A DNA stretch of 64,000 nt from Camelus ferus (lineage: Eukaryota), in NCBI RefSeq assembly GCF_009834535.1, contig NC_045699.1:10540001-10604000 (forward strand), written 5' to 3'. The position numbers and the translations under genes are program-made. Below, one piece after another: positions 59,801 through 64,000 of this stretch; position 1 is the first letter of the stretch, and every line of letters starts with the position of its first letter. The notes under the pieces are model-generated. The model was not told the DNA's origin and ran no database searches. It saw only the letters and a program-made list of their open reading frames with translations.

Positions 59801-62617
59801 AATATGCATTTTTTAAAGTAAAAAAATGTTTTAAGTGTTTCAAAGGGCCAGCAGTGTCAAATATAGCTTAGATGCTACGAATAAGGATGAAAGTTCTTCA
59901 CGGTAGTGGCAACGAGGACAGGTGGGTTAGTCTGAAGGAAGGCGTTCTGGCGCATCAGTCAGGATGGAAAGTTGTGTAGGAAGTAAAGAGAAGGAACAGT
60001 CGCAACTGGTTGAGAGCCCACCTTCACTCCTGGGATGCTCTCACTGTAACACCTGTCCCCAGATTAGCAACCTCTAGCCATGCTGGTTAACGTAGAAGTT
60101 GTCCCTGATCAGACGGCCCTTGATCTCACGGCCAACTGGCTGAGTTTAATTTGATTGTAACCAGATTAAAAATGAGAGCAGAACAGACTCAAAATGCTAC
60201 CTATGGTACGATTCCATTTATGTGCCATTCTGGAAAAGGCAAAACTATTGGGACACACAACAGACCACTGGTTGCCAGGGCCTGGAGGTAAGGGGAGAGT
60301 GACTATGAAGGGGCATGAAGCAAAGTTTGGGGTGAATGAACTGTTCCACATCCTAACGTGGTGGTGGTTACACGACCATATGAATTGTTGTGGGACACAA
60401 TGTGGCAGCCAGTTGGTAAGCCAGTGACATGTGGGTTGGTAAAAGAATTTACCAGAGATAAAGTATGGGAATAGAAAGGAGTTTATTAGGGGTATGCTGT
60501 CATAGACAACAGCAGGCCACTCAGGCGACAGGTGCCTGTGTGAGCACAGAGAGCCAGTTATTGGGGTCTTTATTAAGGTAGGATCACAAGGTGCCTGATG
60601 GGCTTGTGTGCAAGTCTCTGATTGGTTGTAGGTGAGCTAAGAGGTTTAGAGTCTGTGAAGGAAGGTGGGGTTTATGACTCTGATAAAGTGGGCTATTATG
60701 AGATTAGGCATTACCTAGGGCTGTTAGTTTGTTAGGGGAAACACAGTAAAGAATGTACTTTATCTGTTGAGGGATCACAGGCAGACATCCCAGAGCCCAG
60801 AAATGGGGGTCGTTGGACTTTGAAGGATGTCAGTGGGCCCAACATGAATGCTTTTGTCAAACCCTGTAGACTTGCACACTAAAAAGGGTAAATTTTATTT
60901 TATGCAAAAAATGTGGCAATAGCAAACCTCTGCTTCTTGGAGTATTATCTACTTTGAGAAACAGTGAGGCTAACGATTCTTTTCTGTTTGTTTTTGTTAT
61001 TAAAAAAATTTTTATTGAAGTATAGTTGATTTATGTTTCAGGTGTAAAGCAGTGATTCAGTTTTATATATACATATTCTTTTTCAGATACTTTTCCATTA
61101 CAGATTGTTACAAGATACTGAATTTAGTTCCCTGTGCTTTATAGTGGGTCCTCACTGTTTATCTATTTTATATATAGTAGTGTGTATCTGGAGGCTAACA
61201 ACTCTTAAAGAAATTCAGTCAAAAATCTCTGGTTGGAACGATGAACACACATGAGAAAAAACTTACCTCATGTTTGCCCATGCACCACTTCTGAGTTAGG
61301 AAAGTGCAAGGGGGACACTTGTCCTCACTATGACAAGAATGATATACTGCACAAAGAGAAAGTTAAAATTAGGATTAATGTTTAAATAAAGCCACACAGA
61401 CTATCATTTATATTACAATGGTGTATGACATGGAACTTTTAAATTTAGGAGGTGGGAGCACTTTTTTAAAAGGTCATCGGAAAGAAAAAGTTGTTGGCTT
61501 TATCTTAACGTGGGTATAAGTGAGGAAAAGAAACACAACTGAGGCGGGAGAGGGATGTGTGGTGGGGACAGACACAGAAGCAGAGAAGGAGGCACAGCCA
61601 CACGGATGGTCCACACTACTCTGTCATTCTTTTGGCCCTACCTTACATAATAACTGCTGTCTTGTTCAGACATTTCTGCTACTTATCCTATCTAACAGGC
61701 TTCCTCTGATTCCTTTCAATTTCCTTACTGCCGAGAAGAGGCAGTTCATTCAAACTCATCTCCTGCAACAAAGCCTTCCTTGGCTGAACACATCCTGGCC
61801 TGAGCTCGTTCATACTCCCTGATGTCTTAGTTCTTATGCAGATGGCCATGACACTCCACTACCATTAAAAACCTACAGTGTAAAAAATGTTCACTGGTAA
61901 GGAGATAGATTAAAATTACAATAATAAGAGGGGAAAAAAGTTAGTTAAAATAAATTCGGTAGAATCTCACTTTTACTTTAGGGAAAAAAAGTACATACAT
62001 ACTTTTGCCCACGAAGAAAGGCCCTAAAAAACATACACTAAGGCATAATTCCTAAAAGGTGAAATAATGGATGACTTAATTTCAATCTTTTGACTTTATT
62101 TTCTCTTTTACTTTTTATATAATAAACATATACTGCATCTACAACAACAGCAACAAAACCGAAGTTATTTTTAACTTTGCAAAAAGATGATTAACTCTGA
62201 AATAGGCAGCACAAGTGAAGGCCACAAAGAAGAAAAGTCCCTGAAAGACAAGACCTGCTTGGGGATCCCCCCGACCTTTTGGGAGTGTTTGACATACACA
62301 GAGGAAAGCGATGAAGGGCACTGTGATTCCCAGCTGTAGCCAAGATCACACCCACCTTCACAGAAGCAGCCCCCAAGCACAGGGAGCAAGGGGTGACCAT
62401 CACAGTGTGACCTCAGAGCAGAAAAGAGCTGCATGCAACATCCTAAATGATACAGTAAGCAGGCTGTGAGGTGTGAAGGCAAGGAAATGGGACCCACCTG
62501 GATGATCACATTCATGGACTCTGGCACAGGTCTGGGTACACTCAGGGGGCCTGGTACCACAGGGAATTGGAGGGTAGATCACTGATGCACCACAGTGGCA
62601 GGTTAATTCATCAAAAC
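47734..62617 (-). CDS. NFX1: NFX1 (nuclear transcription factor, X-box binding 1), 3' partial: last 11 coding exons, 378 codons plus stop
   Basis: Exons of 120/80/231/74/102/42/99/67/146/105/73 nt splice in frame at GT-AG sites. They encode Cys/His NF-X1 zinc fingers, the R3H domain (RRIIH) and the C-terminus IDYFDVQD*. Upstream exons lie beyond the right edge. Confidence 0.97.
48575..48679 (-). CDS. NFX1: NFX1 penultimate exon ([34 protein letters not shown])
   Basis: TATCAG| acceptor, AA|GTAAGG donor. Confidence 0.94.
49361..49506 (-). CDS. NFX1: NFX1 R3H-domain exon ([29 protein letters not shown]...VVTAV)
   Basis: GTACAG| acceptor, AG|GTGGGT donor; R-x3-H signature. Confidence 0.96.
50677..50743 (-). 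CDS. NFX1: NFX1 exon ([22 protein letters not shown])
   Basis: TTTCAG| acceptor and a weak donor AAG|GTTGAA; this boundary is needed for frame with the next exon. Confidence 0.92.
51112..51140. repeat. compound (CA)n(TC)n microsatellite in an NFX1 intron
   Basis: Directly visible. Confidence 0.85.
51328..51426 (-). CDS. NFX1: NFX1 exon ([32 protein letters not shown])
   Basis: TTTCAG| acceptor, AG|GTATGT donor. Confidence 0.94.
53340..55380 (+). mobile_element. old L1M (ORF2 RT region to 3' UTR), antisense in an NFX1 intron
   Basis: Degenerate ORF2 motifs (TTCAACATTGTACTGGAGTCCTAGC, AAAATCCCAGCAGGTTTTTT). Confidence 0.8.
55697..55738 (-). CDS. NFX1: NFX1 42-nt exon ([13 protein letters not shown])
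   Basis: CTCAAG| acceptor, AA|GTAAGT donor; phases match both neighbours. Confidence 0.93.
56294..56395 (-). CDS. NFX1: NFX1 exon ([33 protein letters not shown])
   Basis: CTGCAG| acceptor, AG|GTAATT donor. Confidence 0.94.
57181..57254 (-). CDS. NFX1: NFX1 exon ([24 protein letters not shown])
   Basis: TTTCAG| acceptor, AG|GTTAGT donor. Confidence 0.94.
58149..58379 (-). CDS. NFX1: NFX1 exon ([15 protein letters not shown]...[10 protein letters not shown])
   Basis: CCTAG| acceptor, AAG|GTGCGT donor; 231 nt, Cys-rich zinc finger. Confidence 0.95.
60386..60844 (-). mobile_element. solo LTR with 5-bp TSD, inserted into an L1M 3' end
   Basis: Termini TGTTG...CAACA and TGAAT duplicated at 60381-60385 and 60845-60849. 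AATAAA on - at 60487-60482 gives the orientation. Confidence 0.85.
60982..61190 (-). mobile_element. L1 3'-end fragment, sense to NFX1
   Basis: Reverse L1 3' UTR (TTTATTGAAGTATAGTTGATT...), flanked by GAGGCTAAC at 60966-60974 and 61191-61199. Confidence 0.8.
61267..61346 (-). CDS. NFX1: NFX1 exon ([26 protein letters not shown])
   Basis: GTGCAG| acceptor, GAG|GTAAGT donor. Confidence 0.95.
62498..62617 (-). CDS. NFX1: NFX1 exon ([39 protein letters not shown])
   Basis: CACCAG| acceptor, G|GTGGGT donor, NF-X1 zinc-finger sequence. Confidence 0.94.
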
Positions 62618-63764
62618 CTGGTGTTGCAGCAGGTGAAACATAACAACCCCTCATGAGTTCGAAATGTGCACACACATACATACACACACTCACCTTTTTT
62701 TTTGCTTGTAGTTTTAGAGGAGAATTTTTAGGGGTAATCTGCTTTTTTATTTATTTATTTTTTCACCTGAGGCTGCTTTTTAAAAAAGTTTTTATTTTAT
62801 TAAAGTTGAGCTGATAAAGTGTTCCATTTTTACTTGCAACAAACTCTAAGTCCATGAGTAATCTAAGATATTTTTACATGTATTTTATAAACAAAAGATC
62901 TATAGACCATCTCTTTTGATAGAACAGGGGACTTCTACTAAAAGATACAGATCCTTTTATTTTTTTTTTTAATTTTTGGTTAGGAAAATGGATAGAGATT
63001 ATGAAAGCCATAGGTAGTTAACACACAAAAATATACTTTTGAATATAAACCTCAGAGAGCCACTGAAGCTATTCAAAAAAAATTCTTATAGGTACAATCA
63101 ACACCTATCTTGCTATAAATATGAAGTTGAGATGAAGCCAAGAGCTACATCTGAGTTCATTAGGCACAGTTCATAAGCCCAATCAAAATGGGAACTCATA
63201 TGGGCCCTCCAACAAGCAGCCTACTTTGCCAAGAGCTCTCATGACCCTCAGACTCAAAGGGGAGCTAGTTCTTTAACTCTGGTCCTTAGTAAAGGCCAGG
63301 CCTTTGGCCACAGTTCTCAACTAGGAACCAAAAGTCAGGAAGCCCAGGGCCCTTAAGGATTCCTCCACCCACTACTCTTCTCCAGTCAGTCCTCTCCAGC
63401 AAACCCAGCAGAGGCCTCACAATGTGGTGGAAAGAGCCCTGTAAATACAGCAGGAGACTTAGGCTTCTAGTCCTGGGCCTACCTGCTCAGTGACTGTGGG
63501 CAGGTAATTTAACCCCTCTGATTCTTTCTTTTGGTCCAATAGGTATACCAAACTTTGACCTATCCACTCAACAAGGTTATTGTGGGGATGGGCTAATACA
63601 TGTGAAATAGCTAGTCAAAGAGTAAGGGGCTACATAAATTGTTTTTATGGAACTCCTTGTGTGTGATTTGTAACAAAGCACTGACTCATTTTTGAAATGC
63701 GGTAGGCCTAGTATTCCAGAGATGGTATTTTGAGAAACCCTGATTTAGCCTAATCTTTTAATGT

Positions 63765-64000
63765 AGCAGTTCTCAAAGTGTGCTCTGTTGACCCCTAGGA
63801 CTCTCTGAGATCCTTTCAGGGAATCTACAAGGTCAAAATATTTTCATAATAATAATAATAATTGGGTGTTTGCTTTCTTCACTATGTTGATATTTGCATT
63901 GATAGTGCAAAAGCAATAGTTGGTAATACTGCTAGGGCATTAGTGCAAATCAAGGCAGTAGAACCAAACTGTAATCACTGTATTTTTCACTGCCAAGTAC
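63765..64000. mobile_element. hAT-Charlie (MER5/Charlie1-like) element, truncated by the window edge
   Basis: CAGTTCTCAAAGTGTG terminus and GGTCAAAATATTTTCATAATAATA body. Confidence 0.65.

Overview
Mammalian genomic DNA, almost certainly camelid, judged by five copies of a tRNA-Ala-derived Vic-1-type SINE and no recognisable ruminant or pig SINEs. It holds two convergent genes. (1) A complete, intact aquaglyceroporin AQP7 on the + strand: non-coding exon 1 ending at 22970, then seven coding exons from 24100 to 36489. The spliced CDS is 1026 nt (341 aa), all junctions are GT-AG and in phase, and the AQP7-diagnostic NAA/NPS motifs are present. (2) The last 11 coding exons of NFX1 on the - strand (62617 down to the stop at 47734), covering NF-X1 zinc fingers and the R3H domain. 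Bases 1 to about 22.7 kb are intergenic (AQP3 is expected beyond the left edge by mammalian synteny, not seen here) and rich in L1, L2, MIR, LTR and hAT fossils. Apart from ORFs overlapping these exons, the ORF track looks like noise. I found no new multi-gene system. The best leads are regulatory or isoform-level: an exact second copy of the AQP7 PPRE in intron 3, a strong-context uORF in AQP7 exon 1, an in-frame intronic ATG giving an MGLGCC acylation-like N-terminus, a candidate CTCF site, and two routes to R3H-less NFX1 isoforms. Repeat family names come from recalled consensus sequences, and their boundaries are approximate unless a TSD is given. Comparisons with human are from memory and need checking by alignment.
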